A stretch of 64,000 nt of DNA from Psammoneis japonica. Its lineage: Eukaryota. The stretch is from positions 1 to 64,000 of the forward strand of contig QPGO01000238.1 in assembly GCA_008632985.1 (NCBI GenBank), in the 5' to 3' direction. Under the pieces are notes generated by a model. It saw nothing but the letters and a program-made list of their open reading frames with translations. It was not told where the DNA came from and did no database searches. Shown piece by piece: positions 38,687-50,525 of this stretch (its first letter is position 1; the number at the start of each line of letters is the position of its first letter). Both the position numbers and the translations under genes were made by a program.

Positions 38687-39740
38687 ATGAAATGGTCGAA
38701 TGTCCGTATCTCGGTTTTGCTGTGTTCTCTACTGGTGGTGGGTTGGACTTGCAAAGAAGCTCCTCAATTGAAAGGAACGCAACTCGAAGTGACTGAAGAA
38801 AAGTCGGAACCTGCCACGGGCTTTGTTCATTACATGACGACCCGGAGCTCTGGCTGGAACAACCAGCGCCAGGGTGCTATGATGGCCTGGATGGTTGCCC
38901 ACTTTACGGGGCACACGCTTGAGCTTAAACCATTCCATCCAGCTAGCACCGGTATCCGGCCATGGAGACCTGTGGAATCATTCTTGTTTGGAAAAGCGCG
39001 TTGGTGTGAGAAATGTTCCTAGCAACAAAACATCAGAAGGATATGATTACATCATCAGATTGTCAAGCGTCTTTGCCAACTACTCAGACTTACAGGCTTT
39101 GAAAGCACATAAAAGAATCACCTATGACAAGGGCTATGCATACATCGATCGTGCCTTCCCCTGGCTTAATCCATCGCAAGAGGTGTTCTCCCATCTGATA
39201 GATTCCTTCTCCTATAACTTAAACATTCAAAAAATAGCGGAACTGGTGGCGAAAAGAATTGGTCGGCCCTACGTTGGCGTGCACATTCGAAAAGATAGAG
39301 TTCCAGCAAGCAACTGTTCAGCATTGGGTCTTTAGGTTAGTTTTGTCAAGGATTTCAAAAGCTGGAAATACCATTTCAGACGTTGTGAGGGACTAAACTG
39401 GACCAATGTGGTGGACAGAATGTTTCCAAAACTTGATGATGACCACCAGATCTACATTGCTCATGACAGCAGAAGCAGGATGGACCCGACCGTGCTTGGC
39501 CGGAATTTTCTGCAGTCGTTTGACTTTGCTTTTGTCCGCCAGCTATCTCCTGCAATCATGTCAGCTGTGGAACAAGAAGTCATGATTCGGGCAGAGTATT
39601 TTATTCCATCCATGTATTCCTCATGGAGTGAATATGTAATCTACAAGCGTGTCGTTGCAGGCAAAGCTGATGGAATGCAAAACTATCAAGTTTGGAAGGA
39701 CAAGAACAAATTGTATTATGCACAACGTCTTGGTTCATGA
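38687..39740 (+). pseudogene. O-fucosyltransferase-like glycosyltransferase with a frameshift (~38990) and an in-frame TAG (39333-39335)
   Basis: N-terminal signal anchor plus SGWNNQ, YVGVHIR, IYIAHD and VEQEVMIRAEYFI..YSSWS, which are typical of the O-FucT family. The lesions could be real, assembly errors or an unrecognised short intron. Confidence 0.65.
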
Positions 39741-40773
39741 CGAATGTACTTGTAACCGCCTCTCTCCAACACCAGGCAAAATGAGGCTCTCATATCTTAT
39801 ACCTTCAGCTCTGAGGGACCCACCATTTCATGTAGAGAGTAGCTGATTCATTCACTGCTGACGAGGTAGCTTTAGACCGTTGTGCAAAGTGCCGGTTCAT
39901 CGAGTCACTCGTCAGCATACCGGAGTGCCCCACGGATGCATCTATGCGAGGCCAGTGTTTCCGTGCTATTGTTTGTACCTGGCATTCGATAAGCTGGGAA
40001 AGCATCGCCGTCTCACTCAAGTAAAAATTAGCAGCGAATTTGATTTCAACAACTAGACCTACGAGTATTCTACCGGTATAACATGAAGGTACAGAATAAA
40101 TGCTGAAATCAAACGTTGCCGACTCGAAAACACGCAAATACTCTAGCTTTGTCCATATTGTTGTCGTGAGCACCAGCTTATCAGTTTGGCAAAAGAAGCC
40201 GAAGTATGCCCGCTTTCTCAAGCGCGAAGATGATATCGTGGAACTTCATACATGCATGTAGACGATAGGCAATGAATAAACACGGCTCCCAGAAATTCAG
40301 TCAATCATTCACTACGACGACAAGATGCCTTAAAAGTTGTAGTGAGACCTTTGGTGTCGTAAATCTCATGACGCCGAGCACCAAGTTTCAGCATCGCAGA
40401 GTAGATTGCAAATCTTGCGGTCGTCGGAACCGATCATACAGATGTTGATGCTTTAGTGGAAATGGACTTGTTTTGCTCCAAACTATGTACAATAGTGTAA
40501 TCCTTTCGATACTGTCATCGAACCCAGTGTTCCGTATTACATACGGACTCAAGTTAAAGCCAATTGAGGAACGCTACCGGGTATGTGCGTTTGGCCATAG
40601 GATCGACTCCGATCCAACCGATGACCTTGACCTCAAAGACGTGTTTCAAGAACGTATCTCATAAAAGTTCCACGTACAAAATCTTTGCATGCCGTGGGAA
40701 TGGATAGTTGATGAATGCCGTCAACCAGACAGATATTAGATATTGTAGAGATTGCACAGAACTTTGACCATTT

Positions 40774-41469
40774 TCAATGCACCTTGACGTGACTGCTTTC
40801 TCCCCGAATCAGAGTTACCCCATATGGTATCATTGCCACGGCCATGAGACAGGTCGCCACTAGATTGATAATTTCCGCCCCATCCGGAAAGCCAATGAAC
40901 AAGACACTGACGAAGAGCAGCCTCAGTTGCCATTGAGGTAAACTCTGGCTGCGCATCATGCCCCACACTTGGACCAAGACGCCCAACGCCATGAGAATCA
41001 TTCCCCACATTAAAAACATGTACCCCTCAAAGGAAAAAACAGCCACGAGGCCCGGCAGCAGTTGCTCAAAGTCCTCTTCTTCCAACCCCTCCAGAGCAAT
41101 CATTGTGAAGCACACCGCGCCCTTGCTGGCCGCCAACAAGACGACACCAAAGACTGCAAAGGCGGCACCAAAGAGTCCCAAAAATGAATTGGATGAATGT
41201 CCCAGTAAATACATGTAGTGCAGCGTAATGGGAATCATGAGCGTCGTGCTGAGTGCCACGAGGGCGTGGCCCACGCGAAGGAGTGCATTCTCATGTTCGC
41301 GACGGATCCATTCTTCGGGCTCAAGCCCGCGAATTCGTGGCTGCAGCAGGTTGGGGTGTGCCCAAAAGCAAAAGATCCAAGTCAGTGGAAAGAGGATAAA
41401 GCACAGGCCAGTACCGATGCGCTCCATTGCCCCGACAGTCAACGCGGACGAGTGGAGCATCTGGAGCAT
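40774..41469 (-). CDS. Multi-pass membrane protein of unknown function
   Basis: Intronless ORF with about 6 hydrophobic segments. The first ATG is at 41469, and Tyr content is normal. Confidence 0.75.
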   Translation of the reverse strand: MLQMLHSSALTVGAMERIGTGLCFILFPLTWIFCFWAHPNLLQPRIRGLEPEEWIRREHENALLRVGHALVALSTTLMIPITLHYMYLLGHSSNSFLGLFGAAFAVFGVVLLAASKGAVCFTMIALEGLEEEDFEQLLPGLVAVFSFEGYMFLMWGMILMALGVLVQVWGMMRSQSLPQWQLRLLFVSVLFIGFPDGAEIINLVATCLMAVAMIPYGVTLIRGESSHVKVH

Positions 41470-41607
41470 CGTCGATTTTTTCTTCAATGTTATTTCTGCG
41501 TTTGGGCAAGTTTGTTTTGTTTGGGATGTCGCGGTTCGCAGTGTCGCCACGCACGCACGCGGCAGAGCACACACAGCGCAGATTTTGGGCCCTTTTGGGC
41601 CCTGCCT

Positions 41608-41780
41608 ACGTACTGTACCCTCTACTCTACTCTCTAGAGCTAGCTCTAGCTAGAGAGTAGAGCTAGAGAGAGTAGAGTAGTAGAGCTACAGCACTACCTC
41701 TACTCTCTCTAGAAATAGCTATTAATAGCTAATAGAGAGCTACTAGAGTAGAGAGTAGCTACCGGCAGTACACAGTAGAG
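41608..41780. other. TA/CTAG-rich low-complexity palindromic tract upstream of the 40774-41469 gene
   Basis: ctctactctctag...ctagagagtagag inverted pair and dense TAG/CTA/TAC runs. Confidence 0.7.
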
Positions 41781-42794
41781 TGGCTTGCGAAAAGATGCAG
41801 CATGCGTGCGGTTCCAGTTTCCACAGTTTCCAAGTTTGCTTTCCAAAGAGATAAAGACTGATCAAAAAAAAAAAAAGAAGCGTTGAGATTTGAGCTCAAC
41901 TTCACCAGTACAGGTGCGGTTATTACATGGCAAGCCCATCCCATTTCTGGCATGTTGATGCTGAATTTAGCCATCGGCAACATTTGAGCTCAAGCTTCAC
42001 CAGTGCATGCGCGGCCATTTCACTGCGATTTGTTCATCCCAATTCTGGTAGATGGAACTCAAGGAGATTTATCCTGACATTGCCGAGGAGATAGAAACCG
42101 AGATTGAGAATTGCGCTTGGTTCAAGGATGAGGTTCAGAAGTAGATTGAGATGCCGTAGGTCCAGACTTTATCGCAGATGACGCAGCCCATGCTCTTGTT
42201 AGGGACACATTCTTTTGGCACTCTTTCTGCATTTAGCATTTCGACCCAAGACCTGTTTGATGCGGCAAGTACGAACACATTGAGAAAGAAATCCAGGATG
42301 TCGATTGTTTTGGGGCAACGAAACAAGAACCTAAGAACCCCATGGTGAAGCAGAGCGGGAACATTTTGTAATGCTTTAAGCTGTCATAAACTATAGAAGA
42401 TGTTTAGATGTTTCAGATAGATGACATAGATGTGCAATTCGGCGAGCACTTCGGTACTGAAGTCCTGGTCTCCCGCAATAATTGAATGGGAGTTCGCAAC
42501 ATTTGCTCACGTGTTGCTCATCGTTGAAACGTAAAATGAAATTCTGTTCTCCCGCAACGCTTGAGAGGGAATAGTTAATGCTTGGTCAAGAGTTGCTTGT
42601 CGTTCAAATGCACAATGCAGTCCCACTGACGAATCAAAAGTTCAGCTCACCGGCCATTCTTAAGTGGGGATATGTAACACTCATGAAATCGTAGATGTTT
42701 GTGAAAACGAAAATGCAGTTTAACCTCTGATCTCCCGCCATGAGTTCTTCGTGAGGTGTGTGAATTCGATTCGGGTGCTCCGTGATCGTGCCAC

Positions 42795-45016
42795 TTACTC
42801 GTCACTAAAATAGATGTACTTCCAATGGGAGGCGGGGACGCGATCACGCAAGCGAACAGGCAGCTTTACTCTCCCGCCATGCTTTCCAATGTCTAGCGAG
42901 TCCTTAAATGCACGTCCCAACATCAACTTGTCAGGGTCCCGAAAGTCTTCGATATTTTTGTATTCATTGCTGAGCCTTTTCGTCAGCATGTCAAGTTCCT
43001 TCAAACGCGACACATTAGCAACAACATCCTGCGCTCTGTCAAACCACGAATTCTTGGTTTTCAAAAGGTGCCTCTTGACCCATTTCCACCCTTTTTTGTT
43101 CTCCAAATCATTCGCCCTGGCGTACTCTACTAGAACCTCTGGGTCTTCTTCTCTCAGGTCGTCATCTTTGCACTGGACCCTTTGCCATTCTGAAGATCCG
43201 TCTTCCCACAGTATTTTAACTTCAAGCGTCTTGTCCGACCCCTTGTGACCGATTATCTTGGCAATCCCCGGTGAATCCACCATTGGGAGTGTCTTGCTGA
43301 ACCCCTTCCAGCCGTTCGTGTGCAAGAGATCATTTTCGGCAGCATAGCGAGCCAAAATGTCCGGGATCTCCTTTTTGAGTTCGGATAGATTTCTCCATTC
43401 AACCCCTCCTCCTTGCCAACGGATTTTAACTTGTGTTTTCCCACCTTTGACGCGGTGGGCTTCAATCCTTTCCGGGTAAGCACGGCCCTCCATTATCTCA
43501 TCGCGAGTGTATTCCTTTTCGTCGCCGTGACCAAAGTTCACAACATATTTCTCGCCGTCTTTTCTCACCACTGTGCCTCTCTTCAAGTTCACAACATATT
43601 TCTCGCCGTCTTTTCTCACCACTGTGCCTCTCTTCTTCTTCTCATTCACCGAGTCTACGAACTCGGTTCCGAAGATGTCGTCAACACCCCCATCGTTGGC
43701 TACAACTGATGGTGAGCTGGCAGTCATGCTGGAAACTAAATCCTCATCCCAGCATACGAAGTACTGGTCGCCGTCAAGGTCGCCACCCAATTTTTCCGGG
43801 AGAGATTTCTCGCCTGCCTGGCTGCAAGAAAATACCACAATTCCAAAATGGAGAGAGCAGAGTAACTTCCAGTCTTCTGTTTTCATTCCGTTTGGTCTGC
43901 GTCGAATACTTTCAACTAGCAGGCTGTCATCAATCTCCGTGTTTGGAGATCGTGTGACAAAGATCTGCTCTTGGGCCGATTCTTCACCGCGTCCCGAGAT
44001 GAAAATAGTGCCATGAGGCAGCGAACCGGTCGGGTCTGCAACGCCAGCGCACCAAGCATGTTTGTGCAGATCCCAGGATTTCGTTGAACTACAACAATAG
44101 TCCTCTAGCATGTCACGAGGGACTCCCCGGGCCAGCATCATCTTACGTATTGAGACAGGTGGCGCTTTTAGAGCATTCGAGGGTTCTCCTGTTGGGTCTT
44201 TTAGATTCGGATTTAAGCTGCACTCAATGCGTTCGCAGATAGTCGAAGGAAACGTTCTGATGACATCGACATACACCCATCGCTGCGAACGCGTCTTGAG
44301 TAGAGAGGCGTTGACCTTCTTCAAAGACAGTGGCAGTTGCACTCGTTTGATGCCATGTTTCCTCACCAACGTGCCCTTGAATATGCCAAGACCGGGCGCA
44401 ACCACTCGAACTTGTATAGCGCAAATCAATGCACCCTCCTTTTTTCTTCCGAAAAGCTTTTGGATAATATCTTTGGGAATAAAACCACTTCCTTCATTTC
44501 CGTTTTCCTGGATTTCTTCAAACTCAGAAATGTCCATTTTAAACTGGTAGGGAACTTTCAATTTGCCCTTTGAACGCGCAGCGGGAGACACCAGCAGTTC
44601 GAATCGGGATGCGACTTTTGTAGGGGATAGCTCCTGGAAATTCGCGATCTTTTCCATTTCCTTGCGAACCTTGTTCTTCGACATTGATACGTAGTAGGCT
44701 TTCACGTACATTCCCTGGTCGTCTTTCCCGTTAAACTTGTGCGATGATGCTCCTTTTTCCAACTTGGAGCAGATTAGGGTGCAATCCTCACCTGCCACCT
44801 TGCGCTGCTTTTCAAGAGGGGGGCTTTTCATGCTGACGTTTCCCACCTTAATTATCTTCAATTTCCCGCCAAAGAGCCAACGAAGAAAGAACTCGTCCGT
44901 GCTTTCCTCGAAGCAGCAAAACATGTACTGTTAGATGCGGTACATATTATTCTAGAAGAAGTTGAAAACAATGATAGAGACAGACATACTGTAGGAAGAT
45001 GATAGCTAGAGAGCAT
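42795..45016 (-). CDS. Cellular (RNAi-type) RNA-dependent RNA polymerase with two C-terminal chromo-like domains
   Basis: IQVR..GIFKG, GVADPTGSL..GTIFI, FVTRSP and the catalytic GGDLDGDQYFVCWD. Two repeats follow the pattern I..H.....V.I.W..G..EW.......P.....YA..NDL....GWK. A putative 62-nt GT-AG intron (44989-44928) adds MLSSYHLPT; this 5' exon is uncertain. Confidence 0.85.
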
Positions 45017-45399
45017 AGTAGCACAGACGGGCTCAGAGCTGGCCTGGCTGGGCTGGATGGGTTTTGGTGTGGCATAGTAGCACACGAGACCACTTCCGAT
45101 GATAACCCCGCTGAGATACAGCACAGATGTGCTGTGCACTGTGCACTCACGTAGAATCAGTACTGGCGCCTACAGAGCATACTATAGACCGAAGTACACG
45201 TCACGCGTGGTCGTGGGTAGTCGTGGTATTGATCGTACCTGGTCGTACTTGTAGTCGTAGAAAAGCAACGGAGGCACTGCCGCTCACCAGAATTGAGAGT
45301 CGCTCGTCGAAACGCGAACGAGTGAAGCACGGCGCGATACCACTGTAGACAATGATGAACAACGCTATGTATTTCTATGTATTGGTAAGTCCTGTCCTC

Positions 45400-47508
45400 T
45401 TACAGTTTTGCCATATCGAATGTAGGCTTGTGATTGACACCCTTGTTGCACGTCCTGAACTTTGACAGGGGCCCAGAATTCTCTTGCAAAAAACAATCAA
45501 CCTTGCCGTCGTAGCAGTCGTCAAGGCACTGTACGACCCTAGCGGCTCGATATGCAAAGCTTTTGATAGGATCTTCCAAGGACTTACCGGCGCGCACCTG
45601 ATCTTTCACGTCCTGGCATGCATCCACAAATACCTGAACCTTGGTAGCAGCGTCCTTGGTGGATTTAAATTCAGATTGGTAGTCACGATCAAACTGTACG
45701 ACGGTGTCACCTGTGGACTTGGTTTTTTTGGTGTTCCTTTCATCTTGAGCTGGGTCAGTAGCAGCTCGCTTCTCCCTTGCACTGTTGGTATTGGTGAGTA
45801 CTTCAAAAGTTGTAGACTGTGCAGCACGCACTCTTTCTGCAGCCGACTTGTCGTGCATTCGCATCACCACCTCTGCCTTGCTAGATCCAAGCTCACGAAT
45901 CAAGAACTGCTTCATTTCTTCTTCATCAGACAAGTCCGGGGTGTATGATGTAGCTTTTGTGAACAGCTGCTTGACAGTCAATAAGTTGCTCTGCTGCACA
46001 CCAAGCAGTTCCGTCACGTACCAATCAGCAAGTTCTGGTAGAGGCTTGCGGCACCTGGCAGAGTCTACCATGACGGATGCAAATGAAGAAAGATGCTTCA
46101 TATGGATGGGCTCCCATTTACCAACACGGTGAGCATCCTTGTCCTTTTCCCCATCAACTAGAGCCTTCAGTGTACCACTGTCAGAAAGGTAAGTCGCGGT
46201 ACTTGATATGTTCTTGTGACGAGCGCTCAGCAATGTGTTCGCTTCGGCCATCTCACCCAGCCGCCCTCCGTCACGCGTAGAGCCCCATTCAGCAAACGCA
46301 AAGCCAGTCCTTCGAAGAATGTGTGTTCCAATGATTTCAGTTGACATCTTATCAATGTCTCTTCCCAGAATGGTTTCGCAAGCAAACTTGAAAAAATCCA
46401 GGAGCGAGTCGCATGGAAAATTTTCGTCGTGATGTTCCTTGTTGAGCTCCAACTCGTCTCTAGTGGGAAACAACTTGCCCGACTTGATGCCGGAATAATG
46501 CATCCAAAGGAGAACAGCAATAGTTCCTGAGAATTCAGGACATTCTTCATCGTCCCAAATCATGAAATGAAGATCCTTCTCGTCACGCTTGCCACGGATT
46601 TTGGTGCAGAGACCCTTGACGGCATTTTCCGACACTTGGAAGTACTCGGTGACAAACTTTTCAACCGTCATCTCCAAAACTTCTTCACAGCGTAGAAATA
46701 ACTTTGTACCAACAATAATGATAGTCCAAAGCATTAGATGATACTTGTCATTATGTGACAAACAGTAGTCTCGAATAGCCCGCACCTCGCCCGGCAAGAA
46801 TGCAAAAGCACTTCTAGCTTCGTAGTAGTTTGATGCGTAGTCTTGCCATTGGTCAATTGCAGCCTTGAAATCTTCATGTTTGGTGGCATTTCCACGACGC
46901 CAGAAATGGGGATCACCAGGGTGTTTGCGGCATCCAGTGCCCTTTCGGGCTTCCTCCTCGCCAATCTCATGACAAGCAGTGCACATTTCTCGGCATTCGC
47001 CATTGGTCGTTTCGTAGTGCTTGTGAAGCTTGCTCATGGCAGTGCGGAAGAGCCCAATGGAAGAATGACCTTTCCAATCACCAATGCAGGTGATAGGGTT
47101 TCCATACCGGTCCTTTACAGGAGCGTTCGTGCGGTTGTGAAGCAGTGGTTCGCCTTTTTGTTTTGTCCTGAACTGAGTAAACTGGATTGCTGTATCCAAA
47201 TTCGAAGGAAAAGGATCTGATGGACACAAGTCACGTGCCGGCAGCATGGCACTTTCAGAATCATCAATCAGGTAGCAGAAGTCACGAAAAAGCCTCCATA
47301 TGGGTTCATACCGTGCAATAGAACTAGTCGCAACAGCGTCAGTGCCTACTTCGCCGGTCTTTTTGTTCTTTCCTGTAATTGCAAGTTTTGGTGACGTTGT
47401 GTCAAGCTTGTACTTCTTCAGTGTCTTATTCAAGCTCGACTCACCAAGAGAGCGGGTTTGCTGCGTTATTTTGAATCCGCCGCCCTTCAAAATAACGTAA
47501 GATGTCAT
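45400..47508 (-). CDS. Tyrosine recombinase (DNA breaking-rejoining) protein, Crypton-like
   Basis: Catalytic residues in canonical order: LFLR.EE (R), RGKRD (K), THILRRTG (HxxR), ARHK (H), ATYL (Y). Long intact ORF with the first ATG at 47508. Confidence 0.8.
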   Translation of the reverse strand: MTSYVILKGGGFKITQQTRSLGESSLNKTLKKYKLDTTSPKLAITGKNKKTGEVGTDAVATSSIARYEPIWRLFRDFCYLIDDSESAMLPARDLCPSDPFPSNLDTAIQFTQFRTKQKGEPLLHNRTNAPVKDRYGNPITCIGDWKGHSSIGLFRTAMSKLHKHYETTNGECREMCTACHEIGEEEARKGTGCRKHPGDPHFWRRGNATKHEDFKAAIDQWQDYASNYYEARSAFAFLPGEVRAIRDYCLSHNDKYHLMLWTIIIVGTKLFLRCEEVLEMTVEKFVTEYFQVSENAVKGLCTKIRGKRDEKDLHFMIWDDEECPEFSGTIAVLLWMHYSGIKSGKLFPTRDELELNKEHHDENFPCDSLLDFFKFACETILGRDIDKMSTEIIGTHILRRTGFAFAEWGSTRDGGRLGEMAEANTLLSARHKNISSTATYLSDSGTLKALVDGEKDKDAHRVGKWEPIHMKHLSSFASVMVDSARCRKPLPELADWYVTELLGVQQSNLLTVKQLFTKATSYTPDLSDEEEMKQFLIRELGSSKAEVVMRMHDKSAAERVRAAQSTTFEVLTNTNSAREKRAATDPAQDERNTKKTKSTGDTVVQFDRDYQSEFKSTKDAATKVQVFVDACQDVKDQVRAGKSLEDPIKSFAYRAARVVQCLDDCYDGKVDCFLQENSGPLSKFRTCNKGVNHKPTFDMAKL

Positions 47509-47899
47509 CGTCGAGTGTGTGTTTTCTCTCTCGCGAACGAGAAATGCGAGTTTTTGATGATTTTCTTTTGGCGCGCCCCTCGAGTTTTCGAATGACCCTT
47601 TGGACAAAGCTACTTAGGGACGAAAGAAAGTCAAAAATTACTTATCAGTGCACCGCTGTGCACCGGAAACTATGCCAGTGCACTTGAAGTGCACCGCCCC
47701 CTTCAACTAAGCACACGTCACTATCTCAAAATATCACCCCCCCTCTGGTGCCTATAGATACTTTTCTCGGTACGCTACGCCACCAAAAGATTTCAAAACT
47801 AAAGAGGAACAGCGCTGTGCACTCTATGAGCCGATTACACCGACACACAAACATGATCAGCATTCTCATTTCTGAGCAAGGATGGATCAAAAATGAGGG

Positions 47900-49700
47900 C
47901 GGACATTTGTGGGCCCACACTTCGCCGTGTTGTTTTGACCTTTCTCGAAACACCCCCAAATCCAAACACTCATCTGTTTCCCGGGAAATGCCGACAAGTG
48001 GCATTCATTGACAGGCTGTGAGACACCATCTCTTCAGTCAGCTGCACTCCCCAGCCCCGCCATGTCATGGGACTCCGTGTGGCATGGACCTGCGTGAGCT
48101 CCGCAGTGAAATTGTCAAGGAATGAACACATGAATGATCACCAGCAGAAGAAGAGGCAAATTTTGCGAACATGTCTCCTCCTCCACACTTTAACGGGGTT
48201 GGCCACTGCTTTTTTAGCTCAAATTTCGCCGAACAGCAGCTCGTGATTTGCATGATTTTTTAAAATTCCACCATGCTTCGCCATGGTGAAAACAGCAAGC
48301 CATGAGTCTGTGATGAAAGTTTGTCAGTGTCATGCTCTCATTGGTGTTGCAATTGCCATGTGTTGCATGATCAACGTCAGTCGAGAGTGTGATGCCAGCA
48401 AACTGTGTTTTCGAGAAAAAGATTGATGGTTGCTCCTGTCATCATCGTGCTGCAATCACAGTGGCTGATGTTCTCATTTTTGTGCATGATCAGTTGCAAA
48501 TGTGGAGAACAATTTTTGCATTCAAAAATAAAAAAACTGCAAACAATCTTGTTCAAATGGCACGGCAATGTCAGGACAAACCCGGGGTGGGCCACATCAT
48601 TTGCAGTTTGCCCAGGCATGTTCTTCAGACACAAAAGAACACAACCGGCCCATTTTTGCTCTCATGAAGAATGATGAAGAAAATGGAAAGCCTTTGGCTT
48701 CACAAAACAGGGAGCACAAAGCAATTTTGCAGAACACAGCACACAAAAATGTGCGCGCACAACATGCGGTGCGATCCGAAAAACTCTCATGTCACAGCCC
48801 ACCAGCAGTCGCGCAAGGTCCCGCCCAGAGCCAGAGCAATGACTTTGGCAGAGGTTCTGACTTCAAGGTCACAGCCACCTGTGACATGTTGCCTTTTTTG
48901 CCTCCCAGACCAAGGGTCACTTTGTGGCTGCAAGCTTGGGTTTTGTGCATTTTGCTTCCCAAAAGGAAGAAGTTTTGAGCAGTTTTCAAAAGTTGAGCCG
49001 CATTGGCGGATGGTCTGTCTTGTGTTTGAGGTGGCATCAAGAGATGTCAAGGGGCTTGGCTTTGGTTGCAACCTCAGAAGAGCAATTGTGATGACAACAT
49101 TGGCTGCTTTTTAGACTGTTCTCAGCACTCACATTTGCGGATGGTTTGTCTTGTGTCAGGTGGCGCATGTCAAGAAATGTCTCAGGAGTTTTTTTCTTCT
49201 TCTGGCACTCTCTGCTTCGGCTGGAACCTCAGATTTGTGGTTGTGACAACAACATTGGCTTCTCTTCAGCTGTCTCCAGGCTCATTTTGCCCACTGAAAG
49301 GTGAGTTTGGCTGGGTTTGTTCACACGAACACACACGTGCACAGCCGCCGCAGACAGCTGAGGGGCGCAAAGAGGTGGGGCTCTGCTGAGTCCAACAATT
49401 TAGCCACTGTTTCCTGTCACATGCAGTTTTCACAAATGCAAACCCTGCCACTGACCTGAAATGACAACAGGGAGAGAGCAACAGGCTCAACGAGCACGGT
49501 TTGATTGCGGGTGGCGGGAACAACGGATGATTTCCCAGTGGGGGTCGCGCCACGACTCCCTCTCGCGGGACTCGCATCCTCCACCTTGATTCCTTGAAGC
49601 AAGGCGTGACAATGCTGGGTGCATGCATGCGCGCTATGCCGCGACCTTCAATCGTGCACAGCGACCAAAAAGTGAGATGGCAAAAACTGCACACGGATCG
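47900..49700. repeat. TpA-depleted degenerate block upstream of the recombinase
   Basis: Very few TA dinucleotides. Internal duplication cattggcggatggtctgtcttgtgt / catttgcggatggtttgtcttgtgt (49001-49110 vs 49132-49265). Confidence 0.5.
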
Positions 49701-49784
49701 TTTCAAATCACATCACAGCAACTCTTGCCCCTCTCACAAAACCACCATCTGCAATCCAACAAAGTACTCTCTAATCTCTCAAAA

Positions 49785-50330
49785 ATGACGAAGCTCATTT
49801 CTTTTGCCCTGCTCTTCACCACTGTCGTCTTGTCAACCGCCACGACCGTCGAGGAGGATAACGTGGTTCGTTCCCAGTGCAGAAGCATCTATGAGACCGC
49901 ATTTCCTCCCAGCCGCTGGACGACTCTAGAGGATGTAGAAGCTTTTGCGAAATTACATTCCACCAATCCTGGAAACTATTTTGCCTGCCCTGTTGGGGTT
50001 GAGGAGCGTACCTTGACCAATTATGCTCCACAAGACATTATGAATTGGGTGGAGACGCACGGATTTACCCCATCAGACGGTTTTCGCTACAGCAGTACCA
50101 TTGCTGGCCCCATTTTTGTTTCGGGCAAAACATGCAGCTTTCAAAATGACTTCATTGGACTTTTCGGGGGATCCTGCCTCGTTACGGCTGCTGGCTATCA
50201 GACGATGGAACTTGACGAAGAAGGCAAGATGTATCGGTGGGCGCATTACTGGGATTTCAATAACTTTGATGCTGATGTCGCAAAGTGCATGGAAAAACTC
50301 AAGACCGCGACCTCGTTTGTGGATGCTTGA
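49785..50330 (+). CDS. Secreted protein, possibly SnoaL/NTF2-like fold
   Basis: Signal peptide MTKLISFALLFTTVVLSTA. The C-terminal MELDEEGKMYRWAHYWD resembles the SnoaL-like D..GKI....YWD pattern. Confidence 0.7.
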   Translation: MTKLISFALLFTTVVLSTATTVEEDNVVRSQCRSIYETAFPPSRWTTLEDVEAFAKLHSTNPGNYFACPVGVEERTLTNYAPQDIMNWVETHGFTPSDGFRYSSTIAGPIFVSGKTCSFQNDFIGLFGGSCLVTAAGYQTMELDEEGKMYRWAHYWDFNNFDADVAKCMEKLKTATSFVDA

Positions 50331-50525
50331 TCGCTAGTGGCCCTATCTTGAAACTTTTCATAGTTTACCTTGACTTTATTCATATCACATTATATAAAAC
50401 AGGTTTGAAGTTTGAATATTTAAGCCACACAATCTCTTCATTAGCTTCTCCATGTACGGAGAGTAGCTGGACGACAAAAAACAACCGCAGCAATAGAATC
50501 AATAATTCCAGGGCGCAACTCTCTC

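Noticed and set aside
39805..40221. 138-aa minus-strand ORF as a gene
   Set aside because: It has a non-ATG start and no recognisable motif, so support is insufficient.
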